A DNA stretch of 64,000 bases from Octopus sinensis (lineage: Eukaryota): assembly GCF_006345805.1 (NCBI RefSeq), contig NC_042998.1, forward strand, positions 7,936,001 through 8,000,000. The letters run 5' to 3'. The notes beneath the pieces are model-generated. The model was not told where the DNA came from and did no database searches. It saw nothing but the letters and a program-made list of their open reading frames with translations. A program made the translations under genes and the position numbers. Of this stretch, positions 13,556 through 26,070 are shown in pieces (the first letter of the stretch is position 1; each line of letters starts with the position of its first letter).

Positions 13556-14816
13556 CTGCACACGCACACACACGCACACACACGTAGGTATATGCATATA
13601 TACCTACATAAGTACACGTATACATCCACTGGCTTCAATATTTATCATGAGAAGTTGGTATCCACAAGCCAAAAAACACAAGTAATTAGAAAATTAAACC
13701 GTCTAAAGTGTTGTGAAACTAAGTAAAAACTTCTACAAGTTTAACATGTTATAAGCACATAAACACACGTGTAGGCATCTATTGCTATCGTTTCAAATAT
13801 ACAAATATATGCATGAACGGATGCAGAAAATTCCTGTAGTAGCCTATCATCTTCGACTGCCGATATAACGATTTAGTTATCTTTCTTCTAGCAATGACAA
13901 ACACTAGTGATGCTGTTATGTCAATGTATTCCAGTTCTTAAGGTGTTCTGTTAACTGAGTGAGCTGTGAAGCCAAATCCATAAAACTAATGCTAATTGCT
14001 GCCATCATTTCTTCTTTTGCATTAAGTGAAGATCGCTTTATCTTTGCTCACACTCTTGACACGTTCTGTTTTCCTTCATATAACTGTGTACATTAGCAAA
14101 AAACATTCCCTCAAGAAGGAGAGTTAATGATGATGAAAAGCGAAGACCAAGAACACACACTAGACAAAAGCGACTGCGAAAAATGTAATCGCTGTGGAAT
14201 AATGGCTGCCACTTTCTCATGAATGAATATAGAAATGTCATTGGAAAATATCAACTAAATACAATCAAGTTTTCCCAGGTATAATTTCTACGGAAAATAA
14301 TTTTAAAAAATGATAAACATTGATGTGATGACTAATCTAAATTTCTCTGTAATCATGGCCTGTAAATGTCTTAGTAGCCAACCATCTGTAAACTACATCT
14401 CAAAACAACAACAACAAGAGTTAGAAGAAGAAGGAGGAGGAGGAGAAGGAGAAGAAGAAGAAGAGTTTCTTTTATTTGCTACAACAGTAAAGGGGACATC
14501 CGAAGGAAAATTAACAATTTGTGTCAGAGTTTGCATAGAAAGATGAGTCGAAAGAAAGGGAGAATACGGTGAAATGACACAAAAGTATACATAATATGCA
14601 AAGTATGAGAAAGCGTGAATGATGCAATTCTCGTTATGTAGGAGAACCCCCATTTAGGGGCCAACAAGAAACCACACAGATCCAAGATCACTCTGACCAT
14701 TAAAGGCACGAGCCCTCGCGTAACTGTTGTTTTCCAATCTACAGACGCATTACAATAAGGGAAAGAAAATAATCTGTGAAAAATATATATACATATATAT
14801 ACAAAATATATATACA

Positions 14817-15222
14817 GGCGCAGGAGTGGCTGTGTGGTAAGTAGCTTGTTTATCAACCACATGGTTCCGGGTTCAGTCTCACTGCGTGGCACCTTGGGCA
14901 AGTGTCTTCTACTATAGCCTCGGGCCGACCAAAGCCTTGTGAGTGGATTTCGGAGATGGAAACTGAAAGAAGCCCGTCGTATATATGTATTATATATATA
15001 TATATGCGTGTGTGTGTTTGTGTGTCTGTGTTTGTCCCTCCAGCATTGCTTGACAACCGATGCTGGTGTGTTTATGTCCCCGTTACTTAGCGGTTCGGCA
15101 AAAAGAGACCGATAGAATAAGTACTGGGTTTACAAAAAGAATAAGTCCCGGGGTCGAGTTGCTCGATTAAGGCGGTGCTACAGCATGGCCGCAGTCAAAT
15201 GACTGAAACAAGTAAAAGAGTA
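14817..15222 (+). mobile_element. SINE family B, full length
   Basis: Same consensus as 11615-12016. Confidence 0.95.
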
Positions 15223-15229
15223 TGACAGA

Positions 15230-16360
15230 AAATAGGCAGAAAGAAATGTGCTAAATTTTTATCTAACAATTTTGTTGAGAACAGAAAAAATAAGTTAAGG
15301 TTTCGTGTGAGCGAAGGAAGCATTTGAAACAACCATAAAATCCATAACAACAGCAACAACAACAATAACAAAGCACGAAAAACGCAAATTACATCAACAG
15401 CAAAAGTAAATGAAATACTGAGAGAACATCGTGAGTGGAAATTTAGATCCCAGAAAAGATCCAAAATAGATAAGAAAATGGAATCCAATAATAAAATAAC
15501 AACCATAAGCATGGTTCAGCATAAACATCAATACATCAGGACTGCCAGCATTTGGAAGGCTCACAAAACTGATAAAGTCCCTAATTTGTTTATAAAATAC
15601 TTTACACAGCACACATGATGTAACAACAGCCTCCAGCGAAATACGAAACTGACCAGAATCAACATCGTCTGAATTTGAAAGACACTAAGATAGGCTCAAG
15701 GCTACCAAAACACAGATCACTTGTTTAATAACAATAAGGTCCTAAGATCAGTTCAATCAATAAAACAAAAATACACCCGACAGATAATATCTTACAAGAG
15801 AAATCATAAGTGGTTATCTTACGAAGATCTGTGGATGTTATTTCTTTAAAATTATAAGGAAAATCATATGTTTATGGCGGATTTCGTTACGGTTTCAATT
15901 GTAAATGGAAGTTGTATGTAAGTGACTGGGTACTCCATGGGCATCTTAACATAATCCTTTGTAACAGAATCATTGTGATACTCCATGCTATAAGGCACAG
16001 CATCTAAAAACAAGTATAATTTATCTAATGATCTATCTCAGTTCTAATTTAAATTTTAAGATTTATGAAAATCCCAAATAATGAGACAAAAAGAACACTT
16101 GCCTAAAATAAACTGCACAGCTCGGAGATGCCCTTCTGTTGCCCGTAAACAAATTTATATAATCAGAAGACAGAATGACCGTGAGATAATCCAAGCTCAT
16201 TGATGAAACGTTCTACATGGCAAATGTCGAGAAACAGGTAATACCAGATCCAAACTACACCGGTAATTTAAAGGAATATTTATTATGACAGACAAACTGG
16301 ACCAGGCTGATAAGCTTAATGAAGACTCGATAAAATAATCCCATCCTCAAATTCATTATT
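15230..16360 (+). mobile_element. Decayed Penelope-like element RT region
   Basis: At 16130-16245, LYNQK(D)... followed by FYMANVEKQVI recalls the PLE RT motif YxQxDGxAMGxPL...ANFYM..E. Upstream is A-rich degenerate coding-like sequence. Confidence 0.55.
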
Positions 16361-16821
16361 CAACACAAAACACAAATTAGATGGGAAAAAATATTTCACT
16401 TTTGTTTAGATACAAGCGTACAGATAAGTAATAATTCGTTTACTACATACATACATACATAATAAAAATGTCAATAAGTATTTATATATGTGTAAGAGTC
16501 CTGAACGTCCGTCCAGCAATAGAAAATCTCTTCGGAGAACAGTGTCTGGGTTCCCGTCGATTAAAGACATTTCCCACCTCTAAATCACAACATAGATTTA
16601 GATTCAGATAATTATGTCCAGACTCTTAATAAAAGTAACACAGCGAAGATAATAATACTAGAGGTTAGATACAACACTATAATATAAACAGAATTCAGAC
16701 AGGTATGACTGCGTCGAAAGAATTTTGCTTCACACCCACAAGGTTCCTGGTTCAATCCCATTGCGTGTACATATATAAATATAGAGAGAGATACGTTTAC
16801 ATATAGGTACATATTTACATA

Positions 16822-17218
16822 CAGGTGTGACTGTGTGGTAAGAAGTTTGCTTCCTAACCACGTGGTTCCGACTTCAGTTTCACTGCGTGGCACCTTGGGC
16901 AAGTGTCTTCTACTATAGCTTCAGACCGACCAAAGGCTTGTGAGTGGATTTGGTAGACAGAAACTGAAAGAAGCCTCTTGTATTTATATATATATGTATA
17001 TGTGTGTGTGTTTGTGTTTGTTTCCCATCATCGCTTGATAACTGGTGTTGGTATGTTTACGTTCCTGTAGTCTAGCGGTTCGGCAAAAGATACTGACAGA
17101 ATAAGTATCAAGCTTTAGAAAAAATAATAAGTTACGGAGTCGATTCGAAGACTAAAATTCTTCAAGGTGGTGCACCAGAATGGCCGCAGTCTAGTGACTG
17201 AAAAAAGTAAAAGATATA
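16822..17218 (+). mobile_element. SINE family B, diverged
   Basis: caccttgggcaagtgtcttctactatag core and family B tail. Confidence 0.9.
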
Positions 17219-17261
17219 AACATGTGTGCGCACGCACACACACATATTCTTATATATATAT

Positions 17262-17495
17262 GTTTCTTTATTACCCACAAGGGGCTAAACACAGAGGGGA
17301 CAAACAAGGGCAGACAAACGGATTAAGTCGATTACATCGACTGCAGTGCGTAACCGGTACTTAATTTATTGACCCCGAAAGGATGAAAGGCAAAGTCGAC
17401 CTCGGCGGAATTTGAACTCAGAACGTAGCGACGGGCGAAATACGGCTACGCATCTCGCCCGACGTGCTAACGTTTCTGCCAACTCGACGCCTTTC
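17262..17495 (-). mobile_element. SINE family A
   Basis: Full family A consensus on the minus strand. Confidence 0.92.
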
Positions 17496-18080
17496 TTATA
17501 TATATATATGTGCCTTCATGAAATTTCAACATCTTCAATAAAGGTTGTTCAATAGTTTTCCTTCCTAAGCTTTCACGAGATTCTAATAATTCATTTAATA
17601 GTGCTTCCTCACTCAATGTAATTTACTCTAATAAATTCGTAAGTTGTTTATGAAAACTTCTGTAACGCCTTCACAATGTGAATTACAGCATTCTTTTTCG
17701 AAGAAGATATAATAAACTAACTTCGCATTAAAAAATAAAGATAAACCACAAAAACGCAAATGGCAACGACCTTATAGCCTCAAATTACTTGCATTTTAAA
17801 TTGTAAAGAATTGTATCATATCTCGCAAACAACAAACCGTCCATGTAAGGAGGTGCAAGTTTCCTACCTGTGCTCACAGTAGAAATTGAAACTCTAGTTC
17901 ATTCCCCACACTCTGTGGTTTAAACTATTCAACGCTAGGCTGTAAAGCAGAAGAAAACGCACACGAAACTGATGGGATGAAAACCAATATGTCAGAGTCA
18001 ACAAACAGAAGAACGAATCAGCAGTTTTTGCAACAGCAGCAGTGATAGTATTAGTTCTTGTAATAACAGTGGCATCTTAC

Positions 18081-18102
18081 TCAGTCTCCTCATCATTGAT
18101 AT
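18081..18102 (-). other. Candidate 22-nt microexon
   Basis: About 80-nt pyrimidine tract, then catcgtccag|ATATCAATGATGAGGAGACTGA|gtaaga; phase 1 reads (D)INDEET. Confidence 0.2.
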
Positions 18103-18379
18103 CTGGACGATGTAAAAACAAAAGGTAAAAAAAAAAACAAAATAAAGAAGAAAGAGAGAAAAAAAAACGAACAGGAATAAGGAAAAACAAAATAACAAAT
18201 GTGGATATTCAATACGTAACTAAATATTCTATAATTTTGATTTCTAACAGAAGCACAGGAATATAAATTTAGCGAGCAATAATAATAATAATACTGTGAT
18301 ATTCATGCTTTTCTTCAATGCAGTATATGTGTGTATGTCTGTGTCTGTGCGTGTGTGTGTGATATGCTTCAGTATTTTT

Positions 18380-18382
18380 TTA

Positions 18383-18449
<67 letters not shown>

Positions 18450-18466
18450 ATATACGCATGTATATG

Positions 18467-18501
<35 letters not shown>

Positions 18502-18564
18502 ATATATGCATGTATATGTATATATATATATATATGTATGTATGTATATATACGCATGTATATG

Positions 18565-18595
<31 letters not shown>

Positions 18596-18606
18596 ATATA
18601 CGCATG

Positions 18607-18650
<44 letters not shown>

Positions 18651-18700
18651 AAGATAGATAGATAGATACATACATACATACATACATGCATACATACGTA
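18380..18700. repeat. (TA)n/(TATG)n tract with a higher-order unit of about 42-46 bp
   Basis: tatgtatgtatatatacgcatgtatatgta recurs about 4 times. Confidence 0.9.
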
Positions 18701-18942
18701 TGGTTTAGTGCTTAGGCTGTTGCACCAATGATCATAAGATTATGGTTTTGGTACCTAGACAAGGAGATTCGTAGTGTTCTTCAACAAAACATCTCATTTC
18801 ACGTAGCATCAAAATAAGTAACCATACAACGTACCGGTTTTCCGTCCAGTGGGTAATATATATGCCACAGAATCAGAGAAACCGACCTCATGAGCCTATG
18901 GCACAGGTGGTACCGTTGATCTTTTTTTTCACATATATATAT

Positions 18943-19345
18943 AGGCGCAGGTGTGGCTGTGTGGTAAGTAGCTTGCTTACCAACCACATGGTTCCGGGTT
19001 CAGTACCACTGCGTGGTACCTTGGGCAGGTGTCTTCTACTATAGCCTCGGGCCGGCCAAAGCCTTGTGAGTGGATTTGGTAGACGGAAACTGAAAGAAGC
19101 CCGTCGTATATATGTGAATGTGTATATATATGTATGTGTGTATATGTTTGTGTGTCTGTGTTTATCCCCCCAACATCGCTTGAAAACCGATGCTGGTGTG
19201 TTTACGTCCTCGTAATCTAGCGATTCGCCAAGAGACCGATGGAATAAGTACTAGGCTTATAAAGGGTCGATTTGCTCGACTAAAGGCTGTGCACCAGCAT
19301 GACCGCAGTCAAATGACTGAAACAAGTAAAAGAGTAAAAGAGAGA
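18943..19345 (+). mobile_element. SINE family B
   Basis: Family B consensus from head to tail. Confidence 0.95.
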
Positions 19346-19369
19346 GAGAGAGATACATATAAGACAGCA

Positions 19370-19501
19370 GGACTTACTCTTTGTAAGCCTAATACTTATT
19401 CTCTCAGTCTTTTGCCGAACCGCTAAGTTACGGGGACGAAAATACACCAGCATCGATTGTCAAGCGATGTTGGGGACACAAACACAGACGCACAACCATA
19501 T

Positions 19502-19546
<45 letters not shown>

Positions 19547-19705
19547 ACGGGCTTCTTTCAGTTTCCGACTACCAAACCCCACTCACAAGGCTTTGGTCGG
19601 CCCGAGGCTATAGTAGAAGACACTTGCTCAAGGTGCCACGCAGTGGGACTGAACCCGGAACCATGTGGTCGGTAAGCAAGCTACATACCACACAGCCACT
19701 TCTGC
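19370..19705 (-). mobile_element. SINE family B lacking its extreme 3' end; tail-to-tail with the previous copy
   Basis: Reverse complement of the family B consensus. Confidence 0.92.
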
Positions 19706-19966
19706 TTCTATTCATTTATTTCAAACAAATGGCTTTTGTTTTTATATATATATTTCACACTTATCACTTGTTACATTCTGAATATTTACAAAGCAAATGA
19801 ATACGGAATTCCTTGGGGAATTTTCTTTGACGCTTCTTTACATTGTTTTCGCATTGTTTTTCCAACGTTTTTATTTAATATCATTAAAACTATTTAATCT
19901 CTTATTTAATTTTCCTGCCTTATCAGTAACATTTATATTCTAGTCGCACGTCGAAATATCTCTTAC

Positions 19967-20021
19967 CTGTTGAAAGAATCGATATTTTAGAGCTGTCAGA
20001 AGGGTTACGCTCGTAATTCAT
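19967..20021 (-). other. Candidate first coding exon portion (ATG to donor)
   Basis: ATG...TCAACAG|gtaaga is open and reads MNYERNPSDSSKISILST plus one G. Strong donor in non-repetitive sequence. Confidence 0.2.
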
Positions 20022-20298
20022 GCTACTCTTGCGCTTACTCTAATCAACTCTGGCTTATGTGATAAGAATTTTTCTCTAGAAATGTCGTGAAAAATATCGT
20101 GATCAGTCTGATTAATTTCGTGTTTGTTAGTTTATCCTTGTTTGTTTTACTTCTTACTAATTATTTCTCCCATCACTCATTTCCCTTGTCATTCTACACT
20201 ACATTCAGATATTATCTGTCTTGAGTTACTTTCCCTCAATACGTTTCCTCTTGTCTTTTTTTTTCTTTTCCTTATACCTTGTCTTTTCTGTCCTTCAG

Positions 20299-20309
20299 GC
20301 AGAAGCCAG
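20299..20309 (+). other. Candidate 11-nt microexon
   Basis: About 55-nt pyrimidine tract ending tccttcag|GCAGAAGCCAG|gtaaat. Confidence 0.25.
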
Positions 20310-20644
20310 GTAAATAGCAATGCTGGATCACACGTAAATAGATTATCTTTAACAAAAAAGTATGAAAAACCTTGTTTCTCTGTTCGCTTTCAGGCTAGCA
20401 TTCGTCTAAACAAGCGTTTTGTTATGAAAATACATTGAAAATTGTTCCGTCACAGAATATAGAAGTCATTCTTATTGAAAATGCTAGGCTGATCCTCTCT
20501 CTACCAACAACTCTACACTAATAATTGAGAAAAAAGACTTTTGGTTTCGTAATCATAATATATTCACTTACTAGGAATTAGTGGATAAAAGAACTATCTC
20601 CACTGGTAGGTCATATGAAATACATCACATAAATTATTGCTTCT

Positions 20645-21055
20645 TTTTACTCTTTTACTCGTTTCAGTCATTTGACTGCGGCCATGCTGGAGCACCGCCT
20701 TTAGTCGAGCAAATCGACCCCAAGACTTATTCTTTGGAAGCCTAGTACTTATTTTATCGGTGTCTTGTGCCGAACCGCTAAGTTACGGGGGTCGTAAACA
20801 CACCAGCATCGGTTGTCAAGCGATGTTGGGGGGGACAAACACGGACACACAAACACACACACACATATATATATATATACATACATATATACGACGGGCT
20901 TCTTTCAGTTTCCGTCTACCAAATCCACTCACAAGGCTTTGGTCGGCCCGAGGCTATAGTAGAAGACACTTGCCCAAGGTGCCACGCAGTGGGACTGAAC
21001 CCGGAACCATGTGGTTCGTAAGCAAGCTACTTACCACACAACCACTTCTGCGCCT
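20645..21055 (-). mobile_element. SINE family B, full length
   Basis: Family B consensus on the minus strand. Confidence 0.95.
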
Positions 21056-21204
21056 GTTTATAAAACTTAAATGTTATTGGTGTTGTTTAACCTAAAATTA
21101 AAACTAACTGAACAGACATATAATCACAGAAATGTATCTAGGATTAGATCATATTATTTAGACGGCAGGCCGTACTTGAGAGAGATTATGATTCTATTTC
21201 TAGC

Positions 21205-21588
21205 GGAGGCGCAATGGCCCAGTAGTTAGGGCAGCGGACTCGCGGTAATAGGATCGCGGTTTCGATTCCCAGACCGGGCGTTGTGAGTGTTTATTGAGCG
21301 AAAACACCTAAAAGCTCCACGAGGCTCCGGCAGGGGATGGTGGTGATCCCTGCTGTACTCTTTCACCACAACTTTCTCTCACTCTTACTTCCTGTTTCTG
21401 TTGTACCTGTATTTCAAGGGGCCGGCCTTGTCACTCTCTGTGTCACGCTGAATATCCCCGAGAACTGCGTTAAGGGTACACGTGTCTGTGGAGTGCTCAG
21501 CCACTTACACGTTAATTTCACGAGCAGGCTGTTCCGTTGATTCGGATCAACCGGAACCCTCATCGTCGTAACCGACGGAGTGCTTCCA
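21205..21588 (+). mobile_element. SINE family C with tail type 1
   Basis: Head ggaggcgcaatggcccagtagttaggg, B-box ggtttcgattcc, and an 11-bp TSD ctatttctagc (21194-21204 and 21589-21599). Confidence 0.95.
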
Positions 21589-21837
21589 CTATTTCTAGCA
21601 TGTCGAATTACCACTTTCAGGGTCACTCTTTGGTCCGTAGACTTGGCTATTGAACACTCAATCAGTTTCGTCACTCACGGTGCATCGCTGACTGATTGTA
21701 AATTATTTACATTGTTATTGTACAATATAAGAAAAACACTTCAGCAGCAGTGGATTAAACCAATAAGGTTTCGGAGACTGGTTAGATAGTGTAGAATTAT
21801 GCAACTATTATATTTAGGATGAAAGAATTATAGAATA

Positions 21838-22246
21838 CTAGCAGTATCGCCCGGCGTTGCTCGGGTTTGTAAGGGAAATAACTATATAAGCATTTTTAGA
21901 GAGTTATAGCCAAAAAATAGCAAAAAAATGCATCAAAAATGGAAAAGAAATTATGGTAATTTTTTTTTTTAATCGTTGACTCATCGTAGACATTTTTAGA
22001 GAGTTACTTCCCTTATATAATAGCGAAAAAAATGCATTAAAATGGAAAAAATGATGGTAAATATATTTTTTAATCGTAGACTCATCGTAGACTCATCGTA
22101 GACGCGCGCTAATACCCAGAAGGGCTCGATATGAATCACGACTATAAGATACCCGGTTTTGGTTAAACTGCACCGCAAAATGTGGGAGTAGTTAGGAATC
22201 TAAATCGGAGGAGACAGACACACAACTTCTCTTTTATATATAAAGA
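21838..22246 (-). mobile_element. Non-autonomous Helitron, subfamily 2
   Basis: Minus strand A|TCtttatatataaaag...cccgagcaacgccgggcgatactgCTAG|T, with an internal ~110-bp duplication. Confidence 0.85.
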
Positions 22247-22424
22247 TAATAACATTTTATGTATAATTGTAATATCTAGAAAATAGACATTTCTATTCTT
22301 GCAACTGAAAATGCCATATCACATTCGTATTATGGTAGTGTTGCATACTTACTATATGATTTGACTCAACTTGATGTTCACGTGATCAGTGTATTTAGCA
22401 GTTCTGTTAGGAACTGTTGTCGCG

Positions 22425-22748
22425 AAGGCCCGTAGCTTAGTGGTTAGGGCATTCGGCTCACGATTGTAAGGTCGTGAGTTCGATTCCCGGTGACGCGTTG
22501 TGTCCTTGAGCAAAGCACTTTATTTCACGTTGCTCCAGTCCACTCAGCTGACAAAAATGAGTCGTACCTGTATTTCAAATGGCCGGCCTTGTCACACTCT
22601 GTGTCTCACTGAATCTCTCTGAGAACTACGTTAAGGGTACACGTGTCTGTGGATTGCTCAGTCACTTGCACGTTAATTTCACGAGCAAGCTGGTCCGTTC
22701 ATCGTTTCAGCTGGGACCCTCGTCGTCGTAACCGACGGAGAGCTCCTG
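22425..22748 (+). mobile_element. SINE with a different head/core (family D) plus tail type 1
   Basis: tagcttagtgg A-box, gagttcgattcc B-box, gtgtccttgagcaaagcacttt core; the 3' half is shared with 21205-21588. Confidence 0.9.
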
Positions 22749-23784
22749 TCTAGAAACTGTTGTAATTCATTTGAATGAGTTTTCTTCAAGAAAAACACTT
22801 TCTGTCGTTATGAATTTACATGGATAACTACTTTATTGTTAGATTTCATTATTGAACTTGGATAAGTACCAGACCGGAGGAAGATATCCTAATCCCTTCA
22901 GATTACGGAGTCAAAAATTAGGAATGCTTTGATAATTATGTTATTTGAACCGTCTGATTATTTGGCACCTTAAACAAGCATAAAATGACAAACGTGTCGG
23001 AAGAACCAAAATCATGCAACATCAGAGTGGCCGTAAATGTTTGTCAAAGAAACAACAGGAATCATAATTAAAAAGCTGCATAAAATTCTTGCCATTATAT
23101 ATCGGAAATTCCAAAACGAAAAAAATATATTGCTTTTGATAGCTGCCTATAATTCATAGGTTGTAAATTATAAGAACGATGTGAAGTAGAGCATAGGAAA
23201 GTTATAGCCCAGCATGAACAAGCAGTAGAAAGATTCAATGAAACATTGGTAACGTAATAGGTTCAAGAATTCAAACAGACAAATACAGGAGAGAATTCAG
23301 GATTTTATTTCTCTACAAGAATGCTCCTCATTCACCAAAAGACAGCACCATCCAATCTACACTTAAATCCTGGTAAATTTCCACATTATGAAAAATACCG
23401 TAACAGCATAACAAAATAAAAAAAGAAATATTGTACATAGATACTAATGATAATAAAACAAACATCAAATACACGATGCCTTGTTGACGTGTCATTTAAG
23501 AAAATCGTTGGTTGTTATATATGTTTACATGTTTACCATATCACGTAGCACAATCCGATATTCATACGATTAGCATGATTTATTCTGGTATGGTTTATGA
23601 TGATATGATTTATGATGAGAAAACTGTTATTCAGAGGAATAAGACTTCTATAGATGAAATGTCTTTTCTAAATACGGTTTTACTTTGGAAAATACTTTGA
23701 AGTGGGACTGCATGATCAAACTTCAATAAATATTTTACCAAGTTAAGTTTTTCTGAAGCAAAATCTATTAAATACATAGGCCCA

Positions 23785-24375
23785 GGCCTAGCTGTGTGAT
23801 AAGAAACTTGCTTCCGAACCACTTGGTTCCGGGTTCAGTCCAAGTGCGTGGCACCTTGGGCAAGTGTCTTCTACTATAGCTTCGGGCCGACCAAAGACTT
23901 GCGAGTGGATTTGGTAAACGGAAGCTACAAATAATTATAATCATTCTTTCTTTTATAGGCACAAGGCCCGAAAATTTCGGGGAATGGGTAAGTCTATTAC
24001 ATCGACCTCCGGTGCGCAACTGGTACTTATTTAATTGACCCCGAAAGGATGAAAGACAATGTCCCACTCGGCGGAATTTGAACAACGTAGCGATGGACGA
24101 AATAAAGCTAAAAATTTTGTCCAGCGCGCTAACGATTCTGCCAGCTCACCATCTTAATAATTATTTCAAATTTTTGCCACAAGGACAGTTTGAGGGAGGT
24201 GAGGATGAGTCAATTACGTCTACCCCAGTGTTCAACTGGTACTTATATTATCGACCCCGAAAGGACGAAAGGCATAGTAACCCTCGGCGGAATTTGCACT
24301 CAGAACGTAGCGACGGGCGAAATACCGCTAAGCATTTCGTCCAGTACCCAACTGATTCCGCCAGTTCGCCGCCTT
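23785..24375 (-). mobile_element. Cluster: 5' half of a family B SINE and two older A-related SINEs
   Basis: caccttgggcaagtg core at about 23850; gaccccgaaaggatgaaag-type bodies at about 24040 and 24255. Confidence 0.85.
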
Positions 24376-25414
24376 AATAATGATAATAGTAATAAATTTC
24401 ATATATGTGGAATAACAATTTGCTAATTACATAAGCATTTTCACCACAGAAAAAATCGGAAATTGAGGTTTTGATATTTTCCTGATGTTATATGTAGGGT
24501 ACTCAAGAGTTATTTACAAACAGAAATCAAGAAAGACTAACTGGTAATTCCATTAGTCATATTTATCAACGCAATCTGTAATTTCGTCATTTATAATTTC
24601 TTTCTTTAATACGACACTAATGTCACAGGCGTATGTGTGGGCCAGGGGTAGTCGACTAAATCAATCTCACGCTGTTACAAGTTTTGTAGACCGTGGAAGG
24701 ATGACAGACTGTTTAAAAATCGACGAAATGTGAACTCAGAATATACCAGGAAGCAACTAAATTTTTTTGAAATTAGCTTTAGATCACCAACTAAGAATTT
24801 TGGCTGATTTACTTAAACACACAACTCGTAGACTAGATGAGGTCCGTGGTAATGTTTAGTCTAGTACTTGGTTCAAATTTGGAAAAAGAAAAAAAAATCA
24901 TTTATTTTATTTTAAACATATTCTATAAAATGTATATCGCTCTCATGCCACTCATTGGCTAGAGTTTCGATTACCACCGTTACGGCACGTCAAATCGGTA
25001 CACCCCCAGGGAATGTTTTGGTCTTCCAGCCAATGGAAAATAAGTTTATGAATCCATTTACCAAAAGATGTAACCTGTTTCCCCTTTCACTTTGTCTTCA
25101 CACATTTAGCCAAATGCAGTCTTTACGCAAATGTCCATCCGAATAGATTCGAGTGAATGACATCAAAAGGATTTGCAGCTGAAATGGTGACAACTTTCAA
25201 GCATTGGTTCTTTTCAAAAATTGCAGGCATTCATTTAGACAATTTCTGTCTCTGTTCTCACTCTAAAGAATTATACTTTATAGACTGTAAATAGGGATTA
25301 CTTTTACCCATACATCTGTGCAAAAATTCACTGCTAACAATTCCTTCTTTTCTTTATTGTTAATAAAGTTATTATAATGTATAATGACTCCTCTATGCAT
25401 TTAATTTGACCTAC

Positions 25415-25519
25415 TTTAGGAATAATGTTCTCAATTCGGCGTGCGATGTCTAGCTTGTGCTTGAGTCGGACCCGCAAAAACAAAATGAGTTTGGTGCTCC
25501 TTAAACCAATACTTGACTC
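25415..25519 (-). other. Candidate 105-nt exon
   Basis: ttgactttcctttcaag|GAGTC...CCTAAA|gtaggt. Frame 0 is open (ESSIGLRSTKLILFLRVRLKHKLDIARRIENIIPK); phase 1 reads GVKYWFKEHQTHFVFAGPTQAQARHRTPN-stop. It appears more GC-rich than its flanks. Confidence 0.25.
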
Positions 25520-25794
25520 CTTGAAAGGAAAGTCAAGATCGTTAGAATTTGATATCAGAACCAAAATAAATAATTAAATGACTGCATGCACAATCACTTT
25601 CTCCGACATTCTAGCTAACATGGTATATTCACAGTTATTTGCCGGTACCAGTAACACTGGATATCAGTTTCTCTATTAAGCAGAAGAAAAAAATCATTAC
25701 AAGGCTCCCGATATAGCGTGTATAATCACCCCAATGAAAACTATAATTACATTAGAAATTTTATAAGTCGATTTAAAATTCTAACACTAAATTC

Positions 25795-26070
25795 TTATTT
25801 TTTTATTGCCCACAAGGAGGGGACAAACAAGGACAATAGGACAAACGAGACAAACAATAGGACAAACAAGGACATAGAGGGGACAAACAAGGACAGACAA
25901 ATGGATTAAGTCGATTACATCGACCCAGAGCGTAACTGGTACTTAATTTATCGACTCCGAAAGGATGAAAAGCAAAGTCGACCTTGGCGACATTTGAACT
26001 CAGAACGTAACAGCAGACGAAATACCGCTCAGCATTTCGCCCGACGCGCTAACGATTCTGCCAGCTCACC
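25795..26070 (-). mobile_element. SINE family A with an expanded ggacaaacaa tail
   Basis: Family A body; the ggacaaac motif is repeated 4 times. Confidence 0.9.

Noticed and set aside
13860-14240. Coding-looking block (e.g. IPSRRRVNDDEKRRPRTHTRQKRLRKM)
   Set aside because: Short frames with stops on both strands, no convincing splice pair, and only a faint transposase-like resemblance.
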